Of a stretch of 49,020 nucleotides of DNA, positions 25,776 through 38,726 are shown one piece after another. Under the pieces are notes generated by a model. The model was not told the origin of the DNA. It did not search any database and saw only the letters and a list, made by a program, of their open reading frames with translations. Source of the DNA: Halocafeteria seosinensis (Eukaryota); assembly GCA_001687465.1 (NCBI GenBank), contig LVLI01000100.1, positions 124,001 through 173,020 of the forward strand. The letters run 5' to 3'. Position numbers and translations under genes: made by a program. Numbering within the stretch: the first letter of the stretch is position 1; every line of letters starts with the position of its first letter.

Positions 25776-28700
25776 ATGAGTACAGCCGAAGAACAAGATG
25801 CTCCTCTCAATGGAGAAGGAGCTGAGACCACTGAGCAACATGAGAAAGAGAATGGAGACCAGAAAGATACAGCAATGAACGGGGAGCCCACCCCGGACGA
25901 GGAATCGAAGACCGAAGGAATGCCTACAGAGGTTAAGAAAGATACTACACCTAACGATGAGACTGGTATGTGCTAGTATATGCCACCTACTTACGGTCTA
26001 TGTATGTTTCCCCTGGGTTCAATGGTTGATAGAGCGGGTTTAGGGGGGCAGAAATCGAGAACCTGACCCCTGCGGAGCCTCCAACATTCGCTGTTTTCGT
26101 CGTTATTTGATATAGAGAAGGTGCTCTTTTATTGGATACTCATATATGTCACACCCCTTCCTTGGGGTTCTGTTGTATGTCTGCAGCTGGAGAACGCAAA
26201 GTGGTGAAACTCAAGGGCCTCCCATGGCAGACAACCAAAGATGAGGTTCTAGAATTCATGCAGGAGATCAACCCGAAGCCTGAAGATATCCTTCTGACGT
26301 ATAATGCCGAGTAAGTCGCTGATGATGTATTATATTCGTACATCTGGTTGCCGTTCATCGTGTCGTCTCGTTTTTGCAGTGGAGAAGCCTACGTCAACGT
26401 GTATGGAGATGACAAGACTAAAAAGGTGCTTCGTCTTAACCGAAACTATTTGGGCAGACGGTGCGTCCTCCTTTTGTGAAAATGGCTGGTAGATTCATCA
26501 CCTAAGACTCTATTTGTCTTTGCAGCTACATTGAAATTACTCGGAGTAGCATATCGGCCATGGATGAAGCCCAGAAGGGTGCGTCGTTTGTCGGTATTTT
26601 ATGGATGCAAGCCACTTTTATTATTGTGGCTTATTTTCTTTACTTTTCAGAGTATGCTCATCGGTCCAATGGGGAGGAGAAACGTGTCGTACGTTGCAGA
26701 GGATTGCCGTATGATGCTACAAAGGATGACATTCGTGAATTTTTCGATGGATACAACATCTACGTAAGAGGATCTTGTCAATTTTGACAGAGTGCAGGAA
26801 CACACATGAAACACTTTTCTGCAGAAGGGAGATGAAGATATACTTATTTCCATCAGGATCGACGGTCGTCCTGACGGTGATGGCTATGCTATTTTTCCTA
26901 CGGAACAAGAAGCACAAGCAGCGTTTGAGCATTTAAACAAACAAGAGATCCATGGTCGCTACATGGATCTTGCTCACACTCACCTAGGGGAAATCTATGC
27001 CAAACAGAGCAAGATGGACCAAATGAAAGTACCCGTACGTTATTCAAGTTCAAAATAGGTGTAAAACACGCGCTGATATGACAATGATATTGGTTCTTGC
27101 AGCGACGGACCGGTATTCCGGATATCAACGACTGTATTCGTTGTGAAGGCTTTCCAAAGGAAGTACCTGCCGAAGATGTAATCAAATTTTTCGATGGCCT
27201 GGAAGTCCGTCCACGTGGCGTCCTCAGAACGAAGAACGAGAAGGGCGAAATGCTAACTGACGTGATTGTGGTTTTCAAAGAGCCTGCGGTTGCTACGGAA
27301 GCCTTTGAGAGGGATGGCAACACGTACGGTGATGTGGCTATTGTATTGAAAAAGGTAACCAAGCCAGAACTATACTTTGCTTGCAATTTTGGGATCATGC
27401 TCGATCCCGTGATCGAACGAGACGATGTTATCTGCCTTTCTGATCTTCCCAAGGACGTGAAACCGAAAGAGATCAGGGGTGAGTTTCCTGATATTCAGTT
27501 TTCGAAGCCTGGCGTCTGGGTTGCCAATCTCCCAAATGGCAATTGCGCGGGAAAGGCTTTCCTTGCCTTTGAAAAGCCGGAAGATGCGGATGACGCATTG
27601 GAAACCGCAAAGCGCGTAAAGATAAGAGGAGAAGAAGTAATAGCGGAACGCTGCAAACGTTGGGATTTGTATTTCGCATTACGTCGCGTCCCTCAGTCTC
27701 ATATGCGAGCTGATATGCGACCACCTCATGACACCTGTGTGAGGTTCCGAGGACTCCCCTTCGAAACGAGCCGAGAAGACATCATGAATTTCCTTGGAGA
27801 GTAAGTTAACCTAGGGTTCTGTCGATGTTATTGGATTTTTGTGTAAGCGTTTTGTGCTTTTGAATGCCAGTGATTTCAAAGCGCGGAGAGTAACGCTATC
27901 ATTGGGACCCGGTCGTCGAGCGACGGGTGATGCTTTTGCTCAATTTGATTCAGTTGAGGCTGCAATGGATGCTCTCAGTTTTAATCATGAAAGCATGGTT
28001 GACCGCTTTGTCGATCTTTTCCCGTGTAACGAGGATGAGATGCTAAAACATACGAATCCAAGGGCCGTAGTGAGCGGTGAACTTGGTCCTCCGCCGGGAG
28101 GTTTCCTTTCTGGTAGTGGACCCTCCAGTGAAGATGCACGGAAGCGCGCAGGACCTCCACCAGACCCGTCGGAGAGAAGACATTTTGATGGAGACCGTAG
28201 CCGAGGGAGAGGCCGTGGAGGATTGTAAGTGATCGAAGGTTTTTTTCGTCTATTTTCCGTGCTGTATCTCGTATTGTTTTTGTCAATTTGAACTGCAGTG
28301 ATCGCGGGGGAAGAGGAGGTGGTGATCGAGGCCGAGGCTTTAGTCGTGGTCGAGGTGGAGACCGGGGTCGTGGTGGTGGCCGTGGCCGAGGTGGTGACCG
28401 TGGAAGGGGCCGGGGAGGGCCTCCTGGTCGAGGAAGAGATGACCGCGGTGGTCGTGGAGGACGAGGTGGCCGCGGAGGTCCTCCTGGTCGCGGTGGCCGA
28501 GGAGGAGGACCTGGAAATACTGAAAGAGGTGGTGGTGGCGGATCGAATAGAATCCCATTGGGAGGTGGACGTGGCGGATTCGACCGTGGCCCACCTGAAC
28601 GAGACGACCGTCGTGGCTCTAGTCGTGGCCCGCCTGAGAGGGACGATCGTCGCGGTTCTAGCCGCGGTCCACCAAGCGATCGTGGTCCACCTGGCCGCGG

Positions 28701-29085
28701 TCCTCCGGGAAGAGATGAACGCGGTCCTCCTAGCAGGGGGCCACCTCGTGACGACCGGGGCCCACCTAGCCGTGGTCCCCCAGGAAGAGACGATCGCGGC
28801 CCACCTAGTCGTGGTCCTCCTGGAAGAGACGATCGGGGCCCACCTAGTCGTGGTCCCCCGGGAAGAGACGATTGGGGCCCACCTAGTCGTGGTCCCCCAG
28901 GAAGAGACGATCGGGGCCCGCCCAGTAGGGGTTTTGATCGTGGCCCACCTAGTAGAGGTTTCGATCGCGGTCCTCCTTCGAACGGGCATGACAATAGAGG
29001 TCCTGGACGAAAGCGTAGTAGATCCCCACCAGATCGGAGACCCTCGCGTGAAGAGAGCCGCGAACGTTCGAGACGACGAATGTAG
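25776..29085 (+). CDS. hnRNP F/H/GRSF1-like RNA-binding protein with about five qRRMs and an RGG/GPP low-complexity tail
   Basis: qRRM starts 'VVKLKGLPW', 'VVRCRGLPY', 'CIRCEGFP', 'VICLSDLP' and 'CVRFRGLPF'. Many short introns; the last exon is rich in RGG and 'RGPP'. Confidence 0.85.
28684..28975 (+). repeat. Coding tandem repeat, ~39 bp unit (GPPGRDDRGPPSR)
   Basis: Repeated 'ggaagagacgatcggggcccacctagtcgtggtcc' variants inside the last exon. Confidence 0.85.
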
Positions 29086-29465
29086 CCACCGTGTGATGAA
29101 ATGAAAGAAGTGAACCCAATGAAAACAATAAAAGAAGCAACAAACAAGAAGAGCTCTCAATAAGTGAGGTTTGTTCCCATTTACTTTGGGTACAATAAAC
29201 GGGCGCTAAGCAAAAGCTTTGACAAACTTGTTCGCGGCTGTAGTTCGCAAAGTACCCAACGTACATACGTTGACACACATGTACCAGAAGCCACTAGTGG
29301 CTCAACGTTTCAGTTTTGGTTCGAAACGTATCAGCCCGAAGAGCTACGACATCTCGCAACTGCCGTTGGTTCTTGTTGCCGTATTAAGCGCGTTCCTAAA
29401 GAGGTTACCTAGACCCAACCCATGGAGACTGCAATCCAAGAAATTTGAGCGCCAAGTTGAAAGTT

Positions 29466-29819
29466 TTAGTGTCCATTGTCATCATGGTGATGGTGGGCCA
29501 TTTCGTGCTCTTTCTTGACCTTGTACCCGGTGAGCCAAACACCACTGTATACGACGACGCCCATGAATATCCAAGGCTTCACGGAGAAATATAGCGCTGT
29601 GGAAGTTTTCCGTAAAAATCCGACATCTCTGCACAACAGAAGCAATACAAAATGTGCTCACTTTGGGTGTTCGATTCCACTCAGATCCCACCCTTTTTGT
29701 AGTTTTTCGCCCCCGTGTACCACCGCACGCCCACCTCAGGCTCCTCCTTCTTAGTATCCTAAAGCGCATTCAAGCAAGTCATACGATACATACCTGAAAA
29801 ACCAATATCCAAACGACAT
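29466..29819 (-). CDS. Small (62 aa) single-TM protein with a His-rich tail, probably a mitochondrial inner-membrane complex subunit
   Basis: Exon 29819-29794, GTATGT...TGCAG intron 29793-29629, exon 29628-29466. Product: MSFGYWFFRDVGFLRKTSTALYFSVKPWIFMGVVVYSGVWLTGYKVKKEHEMAHHHHDDNGH*. Confidence 0.65.
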
Positions 29820-30140
29820 TGTTATAACCTTTGTATTCTTAATACGTCTGTTAAATGGATTTTTGCCTTCCTCCTCCTAAGGGGGGTTCCAGATACCTTT
29901 GTACCCTTCGTATTCGACGATGCACGATTTGATCTCCAGCTACTATATTATCTTATATGTCAGAATAAATTTGGCATCGAATATCAACTCTCTAACGACC
30001 ATAGTGTGCTCCATACTCGAGCTACTGTGGAAAGCAGCAATCATTTCGTTTACCTTGCAGCGGATGGTATTTAGCAGAGCTTACCTAGGCGTGTTTGACA
30101 GTCTATTTTACCACCGTACTTATACAATTTACAGATCAAT

Positions 30141-30620
30141 ATGTCGTATAGCTTTATAGCGAGGTCGTCCCTTCGAGGGGTGGCTATGAGGAGAGTCACA
30201 GGCGTGAATGTACCGAACAGAGCTGTCCCTAAGCGCCATTTTGCCAAAGTCTACCCCGAATACCCCGAGTTTTCAGTCGATAAAAACAATTGGATAGAGG
30301 TATGTCGTCTCTCACGATATTCTTTGCTCTTTTCTCTATCCAATGAGCTACCGCTTGGTCTCTGCAGAAGAATGAAATCGTCCGAGAAAACAAATATAAA
30401 GTGTGGAGAATCACACAGGAGAATGTCATTCCCCTTTTTATCATGGTTATAGTCTTCCCTCTCTTCGTATGGAGCAGCTCCAAGCAAGAACTGGTAGGTT
30501 AAGACAGACACTACTGCTATCCGCACTTACATCTTGTCATGTCATGTCATGTGTGGTGTGGACCAGATCTTACGGGACGAGAAGCAACGCAACCGAGAAG
30601 CAGCGAAAGATATGATATAA
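30141..30620 (+). CDS. NDUFB4: Mitochondrial complex I accessory subunit B15 (NDUFB4-like)
   Basis: Exons 30141-30299, 30368-30493 and 30567-30620. An Arg-rich presequence is followed by 'KNNWIE...REN...WRIT..N..PLFIMVIVFPLFVW', matching the plant/algal B15 pattern KNxxIE-x-REN-x-TM. Confidence 0.75.
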
Positions 30621-31100
30621 TCAAACAATAGTCGTAGTGACGGACGAAGTATCAACGAAGAGGTGATTCATTTCTCTATCGCAGGAATGTGCGCTTTTTG
30701 CCGTTGCTAGTTCACAGGCCTAAGTTTGCTGCTTCCTCCGTGGTGCTAGAGGGTTTAAGTTAATTTTACGAGAAGCAAACACTGCTCATCGATTAATGGA
30801 CTCGACCGTACCGCTCAAAGAGTACTCGCTTGTATCCATTAAGTTAGCATAGATAATACGAGTCGTACTCGACTCACTTCTGCGCTACTAGTACAGCCAT
30901 TATTCGGTAGTACCGTCCATTTGCCCTGGGGTAGCTCCTCAGTAGAAGCCATCGACTCTAGGTTTGCTTTGACCCAGCAGATGGATGGGTGGTTTTAACG
31001 GAGTAATTAATTTCAATGGTAGTGAGGAAAAAGCGACACTGTATTAGTATTGAGTCCGTACTACAATCGTAAAACTTCTAGTAGAGCCACAATCAAAATC

Positions 31101-34100
31101 CTAACCACGCAACTGTGCTGGTCCCTGATTCTTGTTGATCGGTGGAAGAGCTTCTTTTGTTTCCGGATTATTGGGTGATTCGCTGGCAGTAGACATGTCG
31201 TCATTCATCTGCACATCCAAAGCCTTTGAAGCAAGTTGTTCTTGGTACTGTTGTAACTGCTCTTCGCTTATGTAAGGACTCTTGAGCGTCTCCTTCCCCA
31301 GCCCAGGTTCAGCCATGACCAACTCTCGTAGCTCGTACAGTCGTTTGAATAAGCCGGCCATAGTCTCTTGTTGCTTTTCAATATCTCTTGCAGCACCAGT
31401 GTTAGCGCTAAGCTTTCTATTGGCACCAGAGGAGCCTTGACGGGAGACGACGTTGGGCGTGCGCGACGTTCTGGAAGCGCTTCGTCCTCCAACCCGGTCA
31501 GATGGGAGACCCTCACCAAAAACACCATATCGAGCCATTGTACGGCCGAGCCCACTCCTCTCGACAGCGGTCTTAGCTTTAGTCGTTTCTCCTTCTTCGC
31601 CTTCCCCTTGTGATTTAGACTCGATGCGAAGCGTCTGAATCTTCCGCCGGAGGCCGTTAATTTCTTTCGTCAGCATGGTATTTTCTCGCATAAGTCTCTG
31701 GCGATCCTTTTGCAGTGTACCGTTTTCTTTGTCCATTTTCTTCTCAACAGATTGTAGGTTCTTTTCTAAATAGGCCCTTTGTCTTCCATATTCTTTCTGC
31801 AAGTCCGCCGTGTCCATGGACGCTTTTTTACCAACCTGAAAAGCGGTAGGATCTTCATGAATATACCGGTGGAATAGTTCCGTAACATCCTGCTTCAGTT
31901 GTTTGCTATCATCGACATGTTGGTGAATCGTAAGGATATCTTTTTCGATACCTTCAACATGTTTCTGTTGTCCATTGACTTGTTCAGCCACTTCATCGTA
32001 GTCAGACTGCATTCCCTGTCGCTTTAGTTTCAATTCGGATATCATGAGCAACAAGGCAGCATTGGATTTATGGTACTGCAATAGTTCCAGCTCCATTTCT
32101 TTCATCTGTTCACGCATGTCAGCGATCTCACGTTTCCTTGGTCTAATCTGTCGCTTCAATTCTTGTATCTTGTAGTTCAGCACGAACTTAAACTTCTCCA
32201 GTTCCTGATTTTTCTTTCGGAGATCATATATGCGGGAATCTTTCTCGTTTATAGTTTCTTCTCGCTCACGGATTTCCTTTTTGTGCCCCTGTACATCTTT
32301 CTGCAAACTAGATATTTGGTCGTATAGCTCCTTTTCACGGTCCAGCATTTCTTGAATCTTCGTCCTTTGAGATTTCTTGTCTTCTTCTAGACTGTCGTAT
32401 TTCCGTTTCATCATGCCGTTTTCCCCCATAAGCATAAGGGTAGCTTGCTTTTCTTTGGCCAATCGCTTTTCGTATCTTGCCTTCATGGCATCCATATCTT
32501 TGTCCGCATTATCTTCTAAATTGTTTTGTCGAGACTCGATGTCATCTTTTAGCTTTTTCCGTTCCTCAGCAAGCGTTTCTGTCGTCTCATTTTCTTCTTC
32601 GATTGCGCGCTTATAGTCTTTTTCCAACTGCTCGACTTGCTCTTTCTGTTGTTGGAGCATCTCTTGGATCTCATTTTCCCACTCCTTGGTGCGTTGATCA
32701 TGTTCATAGCATAAAGAATCATACCGGTGAATCTCTGCCTGTATTTTCTTTTTGTAGGACTCTTCGAGTTCTTCTAGATCCTTGGCGTGTTGATCCTGCA
32801 AAGTATTTAACAGTGGTTAAAACGACTGCAGTAGGAATGGCCAGCATGAAGTAACCTTACATGCATTTGCTGAAGCTCAGCATCGTATGTGGATTCCGCT
32901 TCTTCTTTAGCCTTCTGCAATTCCTCATGCTTTCTTTTTTCTTCGGCTAGTTCTTCTTGAAACTTCTCCTCCACTTCTTTCATTTTCTGCTCCTGACTCA
33001 TTTTCTTGTATTCAAGATTGTAATCATTCTGTACCTTGAGCTCTTGAACCGTGGACTCCAACTTCCGTTTTCGAGCGCGGCTACCTTCAAGTGCTGCTTT
33101 AGTCACTAAAATCTCCTCCGCAAACGGTAGACCCGCACCTAAAGGAAGGGAAATTGCGTTGGGGCCAGTGTGAGCCATTGCCTGATCTTGAGATGCGGAA
33201 GAGGTATGTGCAGCACTGTAAGAGGTCTTTCGTGCTGCCTTAGCGTCCGTAGGATAGTGAAGTGTGATACTTCCATCTTTAGATCCGGAAATAATCAGGC
33301 CTTCGTCCCATGCTATAACCATTTTCGTGACCGGCGCCCCGTGACATATCAGTTCAGTGTACGGCACAGTCACCCTGTTACTCGTAACTGCTGTGCCTAA
33401 TTCCGGCCGATTCCCTGCCCCGCTAGTACCCCCTCTAGCTGTTCCCTGACCGCTTGTAGTTGCATAGTCAGATAGAGGAGCGGTGTAAAATCTTAATCCC
33501 CCCAGAGCGTCGCCATTTCCGATTGCCGTTACAATACCACGGTCATCTGAAAGAGCACAAACTGCGCTAAAAAAGTAGCCCTCGGTGTTAACGTCAGCCT
33601 TCGCCTGTGCTCTGGAACTTCCAAGGACATCAAGGTGCCGGAAGCAATGTGTCTCTTCGTCCTGGGCGTTCCGACCCACCACTAACGCCTCATTGGCATA
33701 AGCCTCACCTACATGCTCAGGGTCTATATCTAGCAGCACATTCCGAGGAATATCTACTCGATTTACACTTGTTCCTTTCAAAGCGTCCCAGCGGTGAACA
33801 GCACCATCCGAGCCACAGCTCACGACTACAGTATCATCCATGGACCAAGAGAGCGCGTTCACCTTATCATGATGTCCCCGCATAGTTCGAAGTGCCACAC
33901 CGGTATACGTTTCGAAAACTGTAATGGTAGTTCCCGTGGCTGCAGCGAAATAATGACCACCGTGGGAGAAACGAGCACAGGAGACCCTCTGCACGCAAAC
34001 AAAATCATAATGGGTAACATTACTTTGGTACAGTAGGATTGCAACGTACTCTCATAGCAAAATCCCGGATAGGTCGAATATCGTCCATCAACACATTCAT

Positions 34101-35588
34101 AAGCTGGAGAGTGGACTCAAATCCAACAATTACATGCATCCCCGAAGGATGGAATGCAACACTGCACAAGGTAACGTGAAACATATGGTATTGGTTTTAC
34201 AGAGGGCATCCCTGTCACCCACAAGTCATCATACCTATATGGAGGTTCGCGGAAGCGCTTAACTAGTTCTAGAGTCGGTTGAAATCCTTGATTTCCGCCG
34301 CTTCCGCGAGACTGGCTGAAGTTCCATAAACGTACAGTTTGGTCGGCCCCGCAACTGATAAATAAAGGCTTGCGTAAACATATGTCGATTCCGGTAATAT
34401 CCTTGTTCCCTTTCGAGTCCTCAGTATGGAAAGATGTGACAAGGGGACGGAAAACAATATCATCGGACTTGAACAGCTCATAGTTTGAAAGACGGAACTC
34501 ATAGGCTTGCCCGCTCGATAGCAAGGCCACGAGGTTTTCTTCGTTTGCAGAAACGGTTAAATGAATAACTCGGGACTCATCGCCAACAACAGCAAATTCT
34601 GCCGTCAATTTGTAGAAAAGTCTGGCGTCTTCGCTTTTTTCGTAAATCCTTACGCGGCCTCCATCGCAGCCGGCCACGAAGCCTTTGCTAAATGAGATCA
34701 GACTATCAATTGGGTGTCCATCATGAGGAGATGTATCAAGAATTTTTCGAAATTCCGTCCCCTCGAAAATGAACAACTCGCCTGTGTCTGTACCCGTGAC
34801 AATACGCTCCTCTGGGAGCCACGCATGACAGAGAAACGTTCGCGGGTCTTGCTTCATGTTCATCTGCGATAGCACGTCACGCAAGATGTATGCAATGAAA
34901 ACAGCATGAAGCCGCAACAACCTATTAACAACGACGTACAACAAGTGGTTTCAGAGTATCATCGGCTAGTCTGAACATCTTGATCACGCCATCCCCTGTG
35001 GCCAGTGCTACAGAAGAATCAAACGGATGCGTATCCGTTTGGTGGACGACATTCTGGCTGGTTCCTATCTGCCTATATTGGGAGAAGATTTTCGACTTAT
35101 CCCAAAGAAGGTAATTGAGAGTCCAATCAGGTTCTCCTCCTTGAACGATAATGTACTTTGTGTCCACTGTGAACTGCATCGACCGAATCACGTTGGAGCC
35201 GATGTCGAAGCCCGAGAGGACTCGTCTCTGTCGTTTGCCTCGGACAGTCCAATCTATGATTGTAATGGTGGGACCCTTATCTCTGAACGTCTCCGCAAAA
35301 GCTGTGACGCGTCGCGTCTGTGAGACAGCCAATGCGGTCACTCGAATAGCATCAGGCGAGCAAGGAACGGTCATTTGGGCTTTGCTGTCAGCATCCAGTT
35401 TGATCAATTGATGCCCACAGATGTAGACACATTCGGCATCGTCCAGATACTCGATCGGATTGGATATTTCCTTCTTCAGGCCAAAGGAATACCTGCAATG
35501 GAGAGCATAAACCTTCATAAATGGAGGACAGTGGGTCTCGCTACGCGCCTTCTTCAACGTACCCGTGCTCCAACCGTATCGACGACAT
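31101..35588 (-). CDS. CFAP57: Cilia- and flagella-associated protein 57 (WD40 repeats plus coiled coil)
   Basis: N-terminal 'YSFGLK', WD40 repeats, and the signature 'KEIREREETINEKDSRIYDLRKKNQELEKFKFVLNYKIQELK'; multi-exon. Confidence 0.93.
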
Positions 35589-35681
35589 TCTTTTGTGTTT
35601 CTCTTGTCCCACGAATGCGTCCTCAATAGGGGTGAAGCGAACAACTAGAATATAAACCCCCCTCCATACTACCACCAAACA

Positions 35682-35707
35682 ACACACACACACACACACA
35701 CACACAC
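35682..35707. repeat. (AC)n microsatellite
   Basis: Direct reading. Confidence 0.9.
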
Positions 35708-35800
35708 CAGGAAATGCCAGACTTCCTGGAACCCGGGTGGGCCCGGTAAACGGCTGCGGCGCCCACCGTCACAGCAGGAAAAAGGTTTGGTGGATGGGAT

Positions 35801-36674
35801 TGTTGATACACAACATTCCGGTACTGCAGCACCGAAGGAAGAAGCCTTGCTATTGCTTACTTGTTTTGTACTACCTGTTACATATTGTCCCTATCGCAGC
35901 GTCCCGGAAACAAGTGGTGTAGAAATGAATGCACACGGCCACCGGCAGCCGTTAATTTGCCAGGAATGCATTGTCCCCGTGGGTGCCCTTTGGAAAAACA
36001 ACAAAAGGGGACACAAAGCGCGCGCCAGAGGAAACACCAGCGCAGGGATGGAACGACTTTCGAGAACGAAGTCCATCAATTCTCGACCACAGGCAGCGAC
36101 GAAGATGGAACATCTCCGGTGGAATCCGGATTCGAGAACAGCCGAAGAGCAAGCTACACGAACTGACTTATACGTGCAAGAGGAAACTAACAACAATATC
36201 CGCCCAATCCTATTAAGCATTGAACTGCTAGCGAGTCAAGCGGCTGTGCCAAGCCGGGTGAGTAAGGACGAGACGGAATGGAACGTTGGGAAGACACGCT
36301 TGGGGGAGGGGGAACGAGAGCCAGGAGAGAAGAGGGACGAAGAACTGAGACGGACAGTACGTCTCGGGTGGAATCCGGATTCGAGAACAGCCGGAGAGCA
36401 AGTTACACGAATTGACTTATACGTGCAAGAGGAAACTAACAACAATATCCGCCCAATCCTATTAAGCATTGAACTGCTAGCGAGTCAAGCGGCTGTGCCA
36501 AGACGGGTGAGTAAGGACGAGACGGAATGGAACGTTGGGAAGACACGCATGGGGGAGGGGGAACGAGAGCCAGGAGAGAAGAGGGACGAAGAACTGAGAC
36601 GGACAGTACGTCTCGGGTGGAATCCGGATTCGAGAACAGCCGGAGAGCAAGTTACACGAATTGACTTATACGTG
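35801..36674. mobile_element. Dispersed repeat copy 1 (unclassified non-autonomous element) flanked by ATGGGAT direct repeats
   Basis: The first ~400 bp are near-identical to 43493-43894. ATGGGAT occurs at 35794-35800 and 36675-36681 (TSD-like). Confidence 0.7.
36118..36674. repeat. Tandem repeat, 249 bp period, about 2.2 copies
   Basis: 'ggtggaatccggattcgagaacagcc' recurs at 36118, 36367 and 36616. Confidence 0.95.
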
Positions 36675-37697
36675 ATGGGATGTGACGGAAACGGATACTG
36701 AAGTTCGGGTCTGCGTCAATGCTTTGAAGTCACTCGTTTATGCTGCCTCTCTCCTAGTGGAACAGCGGGCCTGTAGCTACCAGGCACGGGCGCCAGCTGC
36801 TACCTAAGTGTAGCGGCTAACATCCAGCTGCCGGTGGGCCATCAGTCACATCTTCGTCGTCGTCCTATGATGCGTGAAGCAGGGAAGCCAAGTGCAAGTC
36901 ATGGGTTCCTAACAAAGGCAGTGTAAGGAGCGTTTCCAAGATGAAGCGTCCCAGACACTATAGCCAAATACTACTACGTCAAGAATGTACATACAGTATC
37001 CTCAGGTGGGGTATTGCTATTTGGTAAACTGCGTAGTGAGAAACATAAGGGGACTGGCTAGTTTCATCAGGAAAAATCGGAGCTCTGAACATCAAACCCT
37101 CGTCATTTTCGTACAATTTTTGTTGCTCCATTCCGCGATCATATTCCTTAACCACTGCAAAAATACCCCCTGCGGGCGAGACGAGCTTTCCACGGTACTG
37201 GGAAATCGTCCTACCTCCATCTCAGTTGCCACGTAATGGGTTTGACAGTCACGCTTTCATGTTATCCAGCTATGGAAACAACGCTGATCAGCTCTTAGGA
37301 TAGTTTTCATGGGAGTTTGGGCTCCTGGAGAAATCGGAGAGCTGCGGAGTCTCGGACTTGACGAGCGGTGCTCACAAGACCGCGCCACTAATACTCACCA
37401 AACAATCCATGCTTTGATACACTCACACTTGCTGATAACAACGCACGTCCAACAGTTAATTACAGAGCAGAAATTAAAGTAGATATGGTTGTACCAGTGG
37501 ATACAACCCAGATGAATTTAAAAGGGGTACTTTTGAAATTTTCCCATTCGTTTATCATTCATATTCGGTGGCTCGTTAGGCAAGACTCCATGACATGATA
37601 CTCTACGTCTCAACTGGCGCCACTGTTTGACATCACGGGGTTGCCTACACCCCACTTCCCAGGGGCCACTAATGGCTTAAGTCCGGAGATACTTCCA

Positions 37698-38726
37698 CTA
37701 GGACTCACAGCCAGGAAAAGATGAGTTAGGAAGTTTCGACACTTCGGCAAATGATGCAAGGTCCCTCCATAAGTTATGACTGTCGCAATTGTACATCCAA
37801 ACATTCATATAATAGAAAGGGTGGTCAGACGCCAGACACGTCGCGGCGAGGTTATGAAGCCCGTACAAGTAAGCAGCCGCAACCGGACCGACAGATTTTG
37901 CCTGTAGTTCCGCCGTTGGAACAAACTTACCGTTTTTTCTCCTCTGGGGGACTGCCGCGGACAACACGGAAAGCAAAACTATGGGGTGGGCAGTAATTCT
38001 TCTATATGCCCAGTCTCTAGCATTCCTTAAAGTGAGAAGAACACGGGCGTTCGGGAATACATTCAGAAGAAAAGGTAAGTAATTATAATATGGTGCGTCG
38101 GAGACCACATCCACTGCCTCGAGAGCAAGGAAATCCATTTTCGCAGCGTTTTTAAACCTTCCAGATTTTAACGCCTTGAAGAGCTTCTGTATTCTTTCCC
38201 GACTTTGCTCACTGCAGTTCGGACAGACAAGTTTTTGGAAGTGCACGGTACTTTTTCCAAGTTTATTTAAACCGCGGATAATGGACCTGGTACCAGTGGT
38301 GCCTTCTCCAGCAATAATGAGGAGCTTATGTTGGGACGGAGTTTGAATGTCTGTCGTTAAGACAGACCTTTGAATGTCCTTTAATTGGGAACAAAACTCC
38401 ATGAGGATGGACTCATTTCGAGAAGCGGGTAAAGCACACGTCTGCTTTCCATTGCCCAACTGTTTTTCTGTCACATTTGTGTGTGTGTTTTCCCATGTGG
38501 TAGTATTTACGACGGCAGCGGTCAAGCCAATTTCCGATTGATGCAACGTCGAGAACACACATGATATACCAATTGTAACACACAGTGTTGCGAGTGATAC
38601 TACTATTGCTTGTGGCACATTAACGTTGCTCATACCCATCCACATCGTATGTCTCTCTCCGGCGGTTGCCATCGGTCTCCACCCGCTAGGGCTATCCTGA
38701 GCCGGTGGTGCTGCCTGCTTCCCCAT
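37698..38726 (-). CDS. Membrane-anchored sulfotransferase-family protein (intronless)
   Basis: N-terminal TM helix; 5'-PSB-like loop 'IIAGEGTTGTRSI'; 'VVSDAPY'; 'FPNARVLLTLRNARDW'. Confidence 0.8.
   Translation of the reverse strand: MGKQAAPPAQDSPSGWRPMATAGERHTMWMGMSNVNVPQAIVVSLATLCVTIGISCVFSTLHQSEIGLTAAVVNTTTWENTHTNVTEKQLGNGKQTCALPASRNESILMEFCSQLKDIQRSVLTTDIQTPSQHKLLIIAGEGTTGTRSIIRGLNKLGKSTVHFQKLVCPNCSEQSRERIQKLFKALKSGRFKNAAKMDFLALEAVDVVSDAPYYNYLPFLLNVFPNARVLLTLRNARDWAYRRITAHPIVLLSVLSAAVPQRRKNGKFVPTAELQAKSVGPVAAAYLYGLHNLAATCLASDHPFYYMNVWMYNCDSHNLWRDLASFAEVSKLPNSSFPGCES

Noticed and set aside
27981..29160. Long antisense and alternate-frame ORFs (388, 391 and 268 aa)
   Set aside because: They are shadows of the GC-rich RGG/GPP repeat exon on the plus strand.
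30860..30875. GAGTCG-TACT-CGACTC hairpin between NDUFB4 and CFAP57
   Set aside because: A 6-bp stem is expected by chance and has no supporting context.
35766..36850. CCGTCACA, TGTGACGG and GTCACA motifs as LTR termini
   Set aside because: The putative LTRs share no sequence, and there is no matching TSD, PBS or gag-pol.
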